Source of the DNA: an uncultured bacterium
GTDB taxonomy: Bacteria > Armatimonadota > Abditibacteriia > Abditibacteriales > Abditibacteriaceae
Assembly (NCBI GenBank): GCA_963843795.1
Contig: CAWJLW010000006.1
Location: 2,554,375 to 2,618,374, forward strand
Direction: 5' to 3'
Length of the DNA: 64,000 nt
Position 1 is the stretch's first letter, and each line of letters starts with the position of its first letter. Made by a program: the position numbers and the translations under genes. The notes beneath the pieces are model-generated. The model made no database searches. It was not told the DNA's origin and saw only the letters and a list, made by a program, of their open reading frames with translations. Shown in pieces: positions 38,702 through 49,127 of this stretch.

Positions 38702-39712
38702 TCACTTCTTTTCAAAGGTCATCGCACCTGAATTCATGCAATAACGCAAGCCAGTCGGTTGCGGGCCGTCATTGAAAACGTGGCCCAGATGGCCACCGCA
38801 ACGCGCGCATTCGATTTCAGTGCGCGTCATACCCAAAGTCGTGTCGGTTTTTTCGATGACATGACCTTTGATCGGCTGCCAGAAGCTCGGCCAACCAGTC
38901 CCCGATTCGAACTTGGTCTGGGAGCTAAACAGTTCCAAACCGCAACCCGCGCAGCGATAGGTGCCAACTTCGTGATTGTCCCACGTCGCGCCCGTAAACG
39001 GCGGTTCGGTGCCTTCGTGACGCAAGATGTTGTACTGATTTGGTGTCAGGCGCGCTTTCCATTCGGCATCACTGAGCACAACGGGAACAATGTTCTTGCT
39101 CTTAGCAGTTTTGTCGTTCGGCGCTTCTTCGCGTTGTAATTGCTCGATCAGATTAGACATTTTGGCTTCGCCGTTTTGTCCATTCGAATTCAGTTCGCCG
39201 ATCCAAGCGTAGCGCACACGACCACTTTTATCGATGAGATAAACCGTCGGCCAGTATTGCTGTTCCCAGCGTTGCCAGTTTTGGTTATTGCCATCAAACA
39301 AAACCGGATAATCAATTTTCAGCTTTTTAATTTCACGCGCCACGTTTTTCGGATCGCGTTCGTTAGCCAGTTCAGGTGTGTGAATGCCGATCACTTCAAC
39401 GCCCTGTGGGGAATATTTATCGTTCCAGCGAGAATAAATCGGCAGGTTGCGGCGACAATTGATGCAGCCAAACGTCCAGAAATGCAGAATCGTGACTTTG
39501 CCCTGCCGTCCGGCTAAAGTCAACGGCTTATCGCCAGAGGTATTGAACCAAGTTTTGCCGACGAGTTCAGGCGCTTTCATTTGTAATGTCAGCGGATTGC
39601 CGGTTGCGGCTGAAGCGGTTTGCGTATTTTTGGTGACGCGCGCGACTAAAAAAGCCGCACAGCCGAGAATTGACAACCAGATTAAGGCGCGCCGCATGGT
39701 GTGGAATTGCAT
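38702..39712 (-). CDS. msrB: exported thioredoxin-like/MsrB fusion (methionine-R-sulfoxide reductase)
   Basis: Signal peptide; [43 protein letters not shown]. Confidence 0.92.
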   Translation of the reverse strand: MQFHTMRRALIWLSILGCAAFLVARVTKNTQTASAATGNPLTLQMKAPELVGKTWFNTSGDKPLTLAGRQGKVTILHFWTFGCINCRRNLPIYSRWNDKYSPQGVEVIGIHTPELANERDPKNVAREIKKLKIDYPVLFDGNNQNWQRWEQQYWPTVYLIDKSGRVRYAWIGELNSNGQNGEAKMSNLIEQLQREEAPNDKTAKSKNIVPVVLSDAEWKARLTPNQYNILRHEGTEPPFTGATWDNHEVGTYRCAGCGLELFSSQTKFESGTGWPSFWQPIKGHVIEKTDTTLGMTRTEIECARCGGHLGHVFNDGPQPTGLRYCMNSGAMTFEKK

Positions 39713-39823
39713 AATTTGTTGGAAACCCCAATTTTTGACGGTTTTGGAAATTTACCTATTTCACGAGTAGAAAACTCTATGCGTTCCGATTACAGCATTT
39801 GTTGACAGCAAATATTGATAAAA

Positions 39824-39855
39824 AAAACTCCACCCGGAATTTCGGATGGAGTTTT
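39824..39855 (-). terminator. terminator downstream of tRNA-Pro
   Basis: AAAACTCCA...TGGAGTTTT hairpin with an A-tract; no core. Confidence 0.65.
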
Positions 39856-39861
39856 CGTTAA

Positions 39862-39935
39862 TCGGGGTGGCCGGATTCGAACCGACGACCTTCTGTTCCC
39901 AAAACAGACGCGCTACCAAGCTGCGCTACACCCCG
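39862..39935 (-). tRNA. tRNA-Pro(TGG)
   Basis: CGGGGTGTAGCGCAGCTTGGTAGCGC-TCTGT TT TGG GA ACAGA-GGTTCGAATCC. Confidence 0.95.
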
Positions 39936-40011
39936 TTGCGAAACGATTGGGCGTGATGAATTATAATTGATTCATCGCGCCCTGTCACGTATAAAGTTTT
40001 TCACACCCATT

Positions 40012-40305
40012 ATGAGCGAACCCAACGAAATAGCCGCTATCGAAAATCAAAGCGAAACCGCGCTTGAAACAGTGCCCGAGGAAAGCGCTCGACCATTCAA
40101 CTGGCAGCGCTGGATTTGGCTGCCGATTTTGCTGGTTGTACTGTGGGTTTTCAACAATGACGGCGATGTTGACGCCCTGCGCGAACGCTTCGATTTCGTC
40201 TCGCTGATCGGCGGCTGGCTGCTCGCGGGCGCGGCGCTTATCGCCGTTCTAGTGTGGGCATTATGCAAAATTTTAGACAAAGTCCCAATGCCTTTCGATA
40301 AGTAG
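40012..40305 (+). CDS. small membrane protein
   Basis: Two hydrophobic segments. Confidence 0.6.
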   Translation: MSEPNEIAAIENQSETALETVPEESARPFNWQRWIWLPILLVVLWVFNNDGDVDALRERFDFVSLIGGWLLAGAALIAVLVWALCKILDKVPMPFDK

Positions 40306-40312
40306 ATACGGT

Positions 40313-41356
40313 TTAGGTCAGTTCCACGCGCGCTTCTCCACTGCCCTCCACGATTGCTCCCAGACGATAAGTTTCGCCACCAAACTCATCGGCAAGTACT
40401 TGCAGCGTGCGCTGCACATCTTCCGGACTCACGACCAAAACCAGACCGACGCCCATATTGAAAGTCTTGAACATTTCGCTTTCTGCGATGCCGGCACGCT
40501 CTTGAATCATCGCAAACAAAGGCGGAACTGTCCAACTGTCGCGACGAATCTGCGCGATGGAATTTTGCGGCAGCACGCGCGGAATGTTCTCCAAAAAGCC
40601 GCCGCCGGTAATATGCGCCATCGCTTTGACTGACACTTTTTCCAATAATTGCAACACCGGCTTGATATAAAGCTGCGTCGGACGCAGCATCGCCGCGCCC
40701 AAAGTTTCGCCTAATTCGGGAATTTCGGTTTCCAAACCCAGCGGCTCCAAAACACGGCGCGCCAGACTGTAACCGTTGGAATGCAAGCCCGACGACGACA
40801 AGCCCAGCAGCACATCGCCGGTCTGCACATTCGAGCCGTCGATCATTTTGGCTTTATCAACCACACCGACGCAAAAGCCCGCCAAATCGTACTCACCGCT
40901 TTGATAAAAGCCCGGCAGTTCGGCAGTTTCGCCACCAATCAGCGCGCAACCGCTTTCAACGCAACCATCGGCGATGCCTTTGACAACTGCTTCGCCAACT
41001 GCGGGTTCAAGTTTGCCGGTCGCGAAATAATCTAGAAAAAACAAGGGTTTCGCGCCGCAACACAGCACATCATTGGCGCACATCGCGACCAAATCAATAC
41101 CGACCGTATCGTGCTGATTCAAGGTAAAAGCGAGCTTGAGTTTGGTGCCAACGCCATCGGTGGAAGAAACCAAAATCGGCTCGTCGTATTGAGAAAAATC
41201 TTCTTGGAAAAGCGCACCGAAACCGCCCAAGCCGTTCATAACGCCAGGCGTAAAAGTGCGTTTGGCGTGCGGCTTGATGCGATTGACCATTTCGTTGCCA
41301 GCTTCAATCGAAACACCGGCCTGTGCGTAAGAAGTGGGAAGTTGTTCGTTGCTCAT
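40313..41356 (-). CDS. purM: phosphoribosylaminoimidazole synthetase
   Basis: YAQAGV, TDGVGTK, GGETAELPG, SSGLHSNGYSL, TFNMGVG. Confidence 0.97.
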   Translation of the reverse strand: MSNEQLPTSYAQAGVSIEAGNEMVNRIKPHAKRTFTPGVMNGLGGFGALFQEDFSQYDEPILVSSTDGVGTKLKLAFTLNQHDTVGIDLVAMCANDVLCCGAKPLFFLDYFATGKLEPAVGEAVVKGIADGCVESGCALIGGETAELPGFYQSGEYDLAGFCVGVVDKAKMIDGSNVQTGDVLLGLSSSGLHSNGYSLARRVLEPLGLETEIPELGETLGAAMLRPTQLYIKPVLQLLEKVSVKAMAHITGGGFLENIPRVLPQNSIAQIRRDSWTVPPLFAMIQERAGIAESEMFKTFNMGVGLVLVVSPEDVQRTLQVLADEFGGETYRLGAIVEGSGEARVELT

Positions 41357-41473
41357 AGGTTGAATTTATGCGCTGCAAAATCTTGGTGCGAGTACTTGCA
41401 GCGCATTTTCGACATCGAAATTCACGCACAAAAATGCGACGGCAAGCTGCCGTCGCATTTTGGTTTTCACAAT

Positions 41474-43113
41474 TTAGTTCGCGTTGACCAGTTCGGGCTG
41501 AATGGCCTCGTCTTCATTTTCTGCGCCCAGTTCGCCTTCGGATTCCGGGCCGGGATCGCCACCGCCGTGCGAAGCGGGATTGCTTTCGCCGTTGAATCCA
41601 TCGCCCAAAACCAACTTGGTAAATTTCACATCTTGCGGAATGTGAATCGGATATTCGCCATCGAAACACGCACGGCAGAACTTATCTTTGGCGTGTCCCG
41701 ACCGCTTCGATCAAATTATCCATCGAAATATAAGCCAGCGAATCGGCGCCATTATATTGGCGGATTTCCTCGACGGTACGTTGAAAAGCGATCAAATCTT
41801 TGCGCGCAGCGGTATCAATTCCGTAAAAGCATGGCCAGCGATAGGGCGGGCTGGAAATGCGCAGATGCACTTCGGTCGCGCCCGCGTCGCGAATCATTTG
41901 CACAATGCGCTTGGTCGTCGTGCCGCGCACAATTGAATCTTCGACCACGACCACGCGTTTGCCGCGCAGCACATCATCGAGGGGCGTCAGTTTCATGCGC
42001 ACGCCGAGTTCGCGCTGCAACTGGTCGGGCTGAATAAAGGTACGCGCGATGTAGCGATTTTTAATCAAGCCTTCCTGATATGGAATGCCCGAACCCGCCG
42101 CATAACCAATCGCAGCGGGCAAACCGGAATCGGGCACGCCAATAACGACATCGGCTTCGACCGGAGCTTGTTTGGCGAGCATTTCGCCCATGCGGCGGCG
42201 CGCGGCGTGAACGTTTTGTCCCATCAACTGCGAATCGGGGCGCGCAAGATAAATGAACTCGAAAACGCACAGCGCAGGACGATCTTCGCGTTCGGTCACT
42301 TTGCCTTTGAAATGTACCGACTCGACACCATCGCCGTTAATGAAAACAATTTCGCCCGGCTCGATTTCGCGCACGAATTCCGCGCCCGCCACGTTCAAGG
42401 CGCACGTTTCACTGGCCAGAACCCAACCGCTGTCGTCGGTGAGCTTGCCCAGACACAATGGCCGCACACCGTTCGGGTCGCGCAGGCCAATCAGGGTGTC
42501 CTGCGTCATCATGACCAGCGAATACGCGCCTTGAATGCGCTCCATCATCGTTAACAGCGCATGCTCGATGGGATGATCGCTCAAGGAATCCATCACGCGC
42601 GCGATGATTTCGGTGTCCATCGAAGTCTGAAATTTCACGCCATCCTGCTCCAGACGGTTCGCGTACGGTATCGGCGTTGACCAGATTTCCGTTATGAGCC
42701 AGCGCCATTTGGCCTTCGCTGGAATTCATCCAGATCGGCTGCGCGTTGCACAGTTCGCTGCTGCCCGTTGTCGAATAACGGTTGTGGCCAACGGCGATGT
42801 TGCCGGGCAAGGACGAGAGAATGTCTTCGGTAAAAATTTGCGTCACCAAGCCCATATCGGTGTGCAATTTCATCTCGTTGCCATCGGATACGGCGATGCC
42901 TGCCGATTCCTGACCGCGATGTTGCAGGGCAAAAATGCCGAAAAAGGCGCGGCGCGCAACATCCACACCGGGCGCGAAAATGCCGAAGACGCCGCATTCT
43001 TCGTGCGGCCTGTCTCCGGCATGAATATCATCGAGTTCGTTGCTCACGGCGCGAAATTCTTCGTGAGAAATAGGGTCGGATTGCAGCGAATTATCGTTTT
43101 GATGCGGATGCAT
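41474..43113 (-). CDS. purF: amidophosphoribosyltransferase (apparent frameshifts near 42655 and 41697)
   Basis: EECGVFG, LQHRGQESAG, AHNGNL, then VPDSG, VEDSIVRGTT, then FCRACFDGEYP in successive frames. Confidence 0.93.
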
Positions 43114-43136
43114 AAAACAGCCTCCCGGACAACAAC

Positions 43137-43204
43137 GCGCCTCAAAGTACTTGCACCGCAGCTTGGATATGCGATGAAAAGGTTCGGCAAGTACTTTGAG
43201 GCGC
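43137..43204. repeat. 18-bp inverted repeat of mirror-variant cores in the purF leader
   Basis: GCGCCTCAAAGTACTTGC (43137-43154) ... GCAAGTACTTTGAGGCGC (43187-43204). Confidence 0.8.
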
Positions 43205-43454
43205 AATTCGTTGGGCCAAATGCAGCGGACTTGAATCGCCCGCATAATCAGGTTTCGACTTCGGTTTCACTCTCGTCGCCAAACGCGGCGACAACTTTCA
43301 TTTTACCGCGACTGCGGATTTAACCGCAACCACCAATTTAATCGCAACTTAAAATTACACTCTCAAATTTCGGGCCGCAACAGAAGTGCTCCGCAGGGAC
43401 TTGCGCAGTACTTGCAGGGCATATTCTGCACGCCATGAGCAGTTTCCAATCCAT

Positions 43455-43949
43455 TCACCCTTCGCGACGCATCACAACGGGAATAGAAATGGTGCGGCTG
43501 AGCAAACCCGTAATCGAGCGATGTTCGTAACTCACTGTGATACGCACATAATTTCCCGCTGCCACGCCATTGCGCGCATCGGTTCCGCTGCCACTATCGG
43601 CAGGCCACGCCACATAAACCGGAACGTTTTGATAAACGGCTTGCTGCATCAAAATCGAACCATTGGTGACCTGTCCCGATGTATTGGTTTTCAAGGTGGG
43701 CGCGCCAGCGTTAGTAATGCGAGTGTAAATATTGGCCGTTGGTTGTCCGACAGAAGCCGCGCGCGCGCCTTCGCGGGCGGCGTTGGCGACTACCAATGTA
43801 GCGCGCCCCAAAAGGCCAAAATCGATGATACCCAGCACAATGATTAACAAAAGCGGTGCGACCAAAGCGAATTCGACCAAGCCGGTGCCCTGGCGCCGAC
43901 GACAAATACGAGGTCGCGCTTTAACCTTTTGAAGTGTTGGCTGTTTCAT
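43455..43949 (-). CDS. TadE/TadF-family pseudopilin
   Basis: RRQGTGLVEFALVAP..GIIDFG..AAREGARAA. Confidence 0.9.
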   Translation of the reverse strand: MKQPTLQKVKARPRICRRRQGTGLVEFALVAPLLLIIVLGIIDFGLLGRATLVVANAAREGARAASVGQPTANIYTRITNAGAPTLKTNTSGQVTNGSILMQQAVYQNVPVYVAWPADSGSGTDARNGVAAGNYVRITVSYEHRSITGLLSRTISIPVVMRREG

Positions 43950-43978
43950 AGTCTCATCTTGGCGCTGGCGCAAATTTA

Positions 43979-45107
43979 TCAGTCGGTCAAACTAATTACA
44001 GCGGGACCGCCAGCGGGCGTTGTAGCATCACCAATGATGATATCGTTACGGTCACTGCTGTAATTTTGGGACGGTAAAATTCTGAATGTCAAAATTGGCC
44101 CATCTTTGGCGCCACCTTTGCCTTTACCTTTGGGACTGCTACCGGTGATATTCAAATCAATGCTTTCAATGTAAACCGTAGCAAAGAATTTGGTTTGAAT
44201 CATCGGATTACTATTGGCGCTTGGGGTAGGATCGGCGACGACAATTGTCATCACGCGCGGATCGTTTGCCGGATAGTTAGGATAAGTGTATTTGGAACCA
44301 TGTATCGTACCACGGAGGAAGAAGTGCATTGGCGATACGAGTGTTAATAGCAGAGAAAAGTTTAGCACCCTGACTATTCATAGCCGAGTTGATGGCGTTG
44401 TTGCTTTCGTTGATTTGAGCCGTACGATCGACGCCATTGAGAACATCATCTTGAAAAACCGCGCCGCTTTTTCCGTTGTTATCCAAACGTAGATCCATGC
44501 CAACGATTTCCCCGGGATCGAAATCTTCGTCGTGGTTGCGAATGAGTTCGACATCAAAAGAAACGCCGTTCTTATAATTGTTGTAGTCGGTCGTGGTAAT
44601 CGCCAAAGGTGAGACGCCCGGTACACCTCTTAAAGCCGTGCGCCCGGCGCTGGCTTTGCGCGAAATTTGTCCACTGGTCGCGCTGTTGCTGTCGATCAAA
44701 CGGAAAATTGGCGCGAAAAAATAGTTGCGCCGAGTGCTGGCGGGCACCGTGATTTTTGTATTGGTCGCGTCGAAGGTAATCGTATTGGCGTCAAAATTGG
44801 TGATGCCGTTTTGCACCATAATATCGCGCGCCACGATACGCGCGTTGTAGGTATCGGTCGGATCGTAACCCGTTTTCTTTAATTGCGTAGCACCTGCCAG
44901 CGCTGCCGCATCGGCTGCGCGTTGCAATCGATTAGCATCGTTGACCATAATGCCGTAATCGACGCCCAACGCTGCAAAGCCGCTCAATGCGACCAAACTC
45001 AACGCCACAATCACAATCACACTGCCGCCGCGACGGTTGCCTATCCCTACGCGCGAACGATGCGTAATGAACGGGAAAGCTGAGGATACAGTCATTTTGA
45101 CTTTCAT
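43979..45107 (-). CDS. TadG-like pilus assembly protein (frameshift near 44300)
   Basis: RRGGSVIVIVAL..VDYG..LQRAADAAALAGA; C-terminus continues in ORF 43979..44368. Confidence 0.8.
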
Positions 45108-45203
45108 ATCGTTTCCTTCTTTCGACCCAGATGTTTCTATTCAACTTTTTTAGGTCGATATTGCTATGGTTTTGTATATACACAAAAATTTGTATATAGA
45201 AAG

Positions 45204-45704
45204 TTAAATTTCGCGGCGCATAGTGACTGTGACGCTGAGTTGACGGCCTTGCAAGCCGGGAATGAAACCGGTCAAGGATTGATGTTTGGTCGTCAAGATG
45301 ATGCGCACCATATTCGGCGGCGTCACGCCATTGCGCCCACCCGAATCTGCCGGCCATGCAGTGCAACTGGCACCGCGTTCATCGCACTGTTGTAGCGTAA
45401 TGCTACCGTTAGGCGCAGTCAGTTTGAGCGAACCAGCATAGCGGGTGACGCGCGCGGTGATCTCGCTGGTTGACTTGCCCAACGCCGCATAACGCGCCGC
45501 TTCGCGCGCCGCACTCGCCAAAGTCATATTGGCTTTCACCAGATAACCGAACTCCATAATGCCAATCATCAAGGCCAGTAAAGCTGGAACAACCAGGGCA
45601 AATTCGATTATCGACTGACCGCGACGACGACTCAACGGCTGCCTTGAGCGCAACCCACATCGTCTTCTCTGCTTAACTTTTGTCTCATACACAGTCGATA
45701 ACAT
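45204..45704 (-). CDS. TadE/TadF-family pseudopilin
   Basis: RRGQSIIEFALVVP..GIMEFG..AAREAARYA. Confidence 0.9.
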   Translation of the reverse strand: MLSTVYETKVKQRRRCGLRSRQPLSRRRGQSIIEFALVVPALLALMIGIMEFGYLVKANMTLASAAREAARYAALGKSTSEITARVTRYAGSLKLTAPNGSITLQQCDERGASCTAWPADSGGRNGVTPPNMVRIILTTKHQSLTGFIPGLQGRQLSVTVTMRREI

Positions 45705-45997
45705 TGCAACTTCCTGAAAATTAACTTTGAGACATCAAAACAACAGGCAAAGAAATGGCCAAATCTGGTTTTCCTTTTCGGTTTCGGTATTTTCACATCT
45801 TCCCGATTTTAGAATAAGGCAGATCAGCTTTGGTGCTTCACTCATCTTGGTTTATGCCACAACCATAAGTGTTTTTCACACTCGGTCGTAATAACAAGAG
45901 TGTTTGCGAGCATCGACAACGCCCGCCATCGTAAAAGATAGCGGGCGTTGTCGCAAGTACTTGCAATGCGAATTTTCAGCTTTCAGGCAACAATTTT

Positions 45998-47230
45998 TTA
46001 GCTCATGTGTTCGATGATATTATCGCCGAACTCCGAGCATTTAATTTCGGTTGCGCCATCCATCAAGCGCGCGAAATCATAAGTCACTTTCTTGGAAGCA
46101 ATCGCGCCGTCCAAACCTTTAATCACCAAATCTGCCGCTTCGTCCCAGCCCATGTAGCGCAGCATCATTTCGCCGCTCAACACGACCGAACCCGGGTTCA
46201 CTTTGTCCTGATCGGCGTATTTGGGCGCCGTTCCGTGCGTGGCCTCGAAAATCGCGTGGCCAGAAATGTAGTTGATGTTACCACCCGGCGCGATGCCAAT
46301 GCCGCCGACCTGAGCCGCCAAAGCATCACTCAAATAATCGCCGTTGAGGTTCAAAGTCGCGATTACCGAAAAATCATCCGGGCGCGTTAACACTTGCTGC
46401 AGGGTGATGTCGGCGATGGCGTCTTTGATAATGATGCCATCGGGCAATTTGCACCACGGGCCGCCATCAATTTCGACCGCACCGAACTCGCTTTTAGCGA
46501 TTTCGTATCCCCAGTCGCGGAACGCGCCTTCGGTGTATTTCATAATGTTGCCCTTGTGAACAAGCGTCACGCTGGGCAATTTGTTGTCGATGGCGTATTG
46601 AATTGCCGCGCGCACCAAACGCTGCGTGCCCTGACGCGAAACCGGCTTGATGCCGACGCCAACGCCTTCAACATCTTCGCCGCCGAAACGAATTTTCTTC
46701 CAATCTTCCGGCAGTTCATTTTTGATATATTCGAGCATTTTTAGCGCTTCTTCACTGCCCGCTTCAAAGTCGATACCGGCGTAAATATCTTCGGTGTTCT
46801 CGCGAAAAATCACCATATCGACTTTTTCGGGATGCTTGACCGGACTCGGCGTACCCTGAAAATAACGTACCGGACGCAAGCACACATACAAATCCAACAT
46901 TTGGCGCAAAGCCACATTCAAGCTGCGAATGCCGCCGCCGACCGGAGTCGTCAGCGGGCCTTTGATACCAACCAGATATTCGCGAAACGCTTCCACAGTT
47001 TCATCAGGCAACCAGTTTTGGGTTTGGTCGAAGGCAGTTTGTCCCGCCAAAACTTCTTTCCATTCGATTTTTTTGCTGCCGCCGTAAGCCTTTTCAACCG
47101 CTGCATCGAAAACGCGCACGCTGGCCGCCCAGATGTCGGGGCCGGTGCCATCGCCGCGCACAAACGGAATGACCGGTTGGTTCGGAACAGAAAGCACACC
47201 GTCTTGAATTGTAATTTTTTCGCCTGCCAT
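45998..47230 (-). CDS. icd: NADP-dependent isocitrate dehydrogenase
   Basis: [45 protein letters not shown]. Confidence 0.97.
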   Translation of the reverse strand: MAGEKITIQDGVLSVPNQPVIPFVRGDGTGPDIWAASVRVFDAAVEKAYGGSKKIEWKEVLAGQTAFDQTQNWLPDETVEAFREYLVGIKGPLTTPVGGGIRSLNVALRQMLDLYVCLRPVRYFQGTPSPVKHPEKVDMVIFRENTEDIYAGIDFEAGSEEALKMLEYIKNELPEDWKKIRFGGEDVEGVGVGIKPVSRQGTQRLVRAAIQYAIDNKLPSVTLVHKGNIMKYTEGAFRDWGYEIAKSEFGAVEIDGGPWCKLPDGIIIKDAIADITLQQVLTRPDDFSVIATLNLNGDYLSDALAAQVGGIGIAPGGNINYISGHAIFEATHGTAPKYADQDKVNPGSVVLSGEMMLRYMGWDEAADLVIKGLDGAIASKKVTYDFARLMDGATEIKCSEFGDNIIEHMS

Positions 47231-47353
47231 AAATAGGTTCTCCTGATAAATGTTGGTTTTACGCCCTGCCATTCCCAGAGCAAGTAAGAGCAAGTACTTG
47301 CAGAGCGTTTATAGAATATCAATTCGCCGCACATCGCGCGCCAGAAATGCATT

Positions 47354-47413
47354 AACTAACGCCCTGCTATTGCCTGCGCAAGTACTTGCGCAGGCAATAG
47401 CAGGGCGTTAGTT
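47354..47413. repeat. 60-bp perfect palindrome centred on the core
   Basis: AACTAACGCCCTGCTATTGCCTGCGCAAGT|ACTTGCGCAGGCAATAGCAGGGCGTTAGTT, checked base by base. Confidence 0.95.
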
Positions 47414-47414
47414 T

Positions 47415-49046
47415 TCACGACAAATCCAAAACTACCGGGGCGCTCTGGTTACCCACGCGATCAACGGCGGTCAGCGCCACGAAATCGGGCAATTTGTTGG
47501 GATCAATCCACACGTTCGAACCGACACGCGCGCCGGGAAAAATAAGCGTCGACCAGTTTCCACCGACACACAACTGCACTGCCCATTGCGCAATATTTTT
47601 CTGATCGTCGCGGTTCTTCCAGCGCAAACGCAGCGCGCGTCCCGCCACATCTAAAGTGCCACCGAAAACCGGAACTTCGGGTGCTTTAGCGCCCAGCCAG
47701 GGGCTGGCCGGAACCAGTGCCGGGTTGTGGTACATTTTCTTCAATTTGTCGCTCAACTGGTCGGGATTCGATAAGAGCGTGCGCATCGAAAACAATATGT
47801 CGCCATCGCTATCGGGACGCGCGCGTGTGAGCGCGATTTGCTCGATAATTTCTTGCGAAGAAAAGGCACGACTTTCCACTTTACTGGCGAAATGCCCGGG
47901 CCACAAATGACGATGCTGACGATTTTCGCCAGCCCACCAGTTCAACAACGCCGGATAGCTTTGCGCAGGCGGCGCAATTTTCCAATACAATTGCGGCGAT
48001 AAATAATCGACCCAGCCTTCGCGCCACCACAGTCGCGCATCGGCATACAATTCTTCATACGGATCCATGCCTTGAATGCCGCGCGGATTACCGGGACGCC
48101 AAATGCCAAATGGCGAAATTCCGAACTTCACCCACGGCTTTTCGCTTTTAATTGCCGCATTCAGTTCGCGCACCAAGGTATTCACATTTTCGCGCCGCCA
48201 ATCGGCCAGCGCGAGCTTGCCGCCACCTTGCAAGTACTTGCCATAGGTTTGCGAATCGGGAAACGGAATTACGTTACCAGCCGCATCTTTTTCGCCATAC
48301 GGATAAAAGTAATCATCGAGATGCACGCCGTCGATATCGTAGCGCTTCACGACATCGCGCGCCACGCGCACCGCATAATCGCGCACGCGCTTATCGCCCG
48401 GATCCATCCACAGCCATTTTCCATAGCGTCGCACCATATCGGGATGCGCGCGCGAAACGTGTGTCGCGCTGTAATCGGTTTTAGAGGTCACGCCTGCGCG
48501 ATACGGGTTGAACCACGCGTGAATTTCGATGTTGCGCGCGTGCGCTTCTTGCACCACGAATTCCAGCGGATCGTAACCAGGATCGCGGCCCGACGCGCCC
48601 GATAAATAATGCGACCAGGGTTCGTAAGGCGAACGATAAAACGCATCCGCCATCGGACGAACCTGCCAGACCAACGCGTTGAGATTGAGGTCGCGCGCGC
48701 GATTGAGAATGCGCAGAATTTCGGCTTTTTGTTGTTCGATGGGCAAACCCGGACGAGACGGCCAGTCCATATTGGCGACTGTGGCCACCCACGCCGCCCG
48801 AAATTCGCGCGATACCGCAGGCGGATAATCCGGCGCACCCAGCAACGGCGTGTGGCCTTTCAATTCGCGAGGTTCGAGGGCCACGCGATTGACGAGCTCA
48901 ATCTGAGCCACCAGTTGCGGTGCGGCTTTGGAAGACGGGTTTGTGGGACGAGTTTGAATTTGAGCAGGGCTACGTTTCAAAATGGCGACTCCGGTCGCGA
49001 GCAAAGCGCCGCACAGCAGCGCACTTTTGGTTTTGTGAAAAAACAT
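47415..49046 (-). CDS. GHL10/YddW-family glycoside hydrolase, secreted
   Basis: EFRAAWVATVANMDWPS, HAWFNPYR, DGVHLDDYFYPY, SPQLYW. Confidence 0.92.
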   Translation of the reverse strand: MFFHKTKSALLCGALLATGVAILKRSPAQIQTRPTNPSSKAAPQLVAQIELVNRVALEPRELKGHTPLLGAPDYPPAVSREFRAAWVATVANMDWPSRPGLPIEQQKAEILRILNRARDLNLNALVWQVRPMADAFYRSPYEPWSHYLSGASGRDPGYDPLEFVVQEAHARNIEIHAWFNPYRAGVTSKTDYSATHVSRAHPDMVRRYGKWLWMDPGDKRVRDYAVRVARDVVKRYDIDGVHLDDYFYPYGEKDAAGNVIPFPDSQTYGKYLQGGGKLALADWRRENVNTLVRELNAAIKSEKPWVKFGISPFGIWRPGNPRGIQGMDPYEELYADARLWWREGWVDYLSPQLYWKIAPPAQSYPALLNWWAGENRQHRHLWPGHFASKVESRAFSSQEIIEQIALTRARPDSDGDILFSMRTLLSNPDQLSDKLKKMYHNPALVPASPWLGAKAPEVPVFGGTLDVAGRALRLRWKNRDDQKNIAQWAVQLCVGGNWSTLIFPGARVGSNVWIDPNKLPDFVALTAVDRVGNQSAPVVLDLS

Positions 49047-49127
49047 CGCTCATCAGTTTAGAAAGACGCACGCTTTTGTGCAGAAAAGCGCGCTGCAAGT
49101 ACTTGCAACAGCAAAGTTTCCGTTAAA

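Noticed and set aside
37483..39935. Integrative element at the tRNA genes
   Set aside because: No integrase and no duplicated tRNA 3' end seen.
41111..42037. 308-aa plus-strand ORF and similar long antisense ORFs (e.g. 2090..3241, 18068..19213)
   Set aside because: Shadow frames opposite purM/purF, accC and recG, with no protein motifs.
43205..43450. Purine/ZTP/PRPP riboswitch or leader peptide (MKVVAAFGDESETEVET) upstream of purF
   Set aside because: No recognisable riboswitch consensus; the short ORF lacks a clear SD or regulatory codon pattern.
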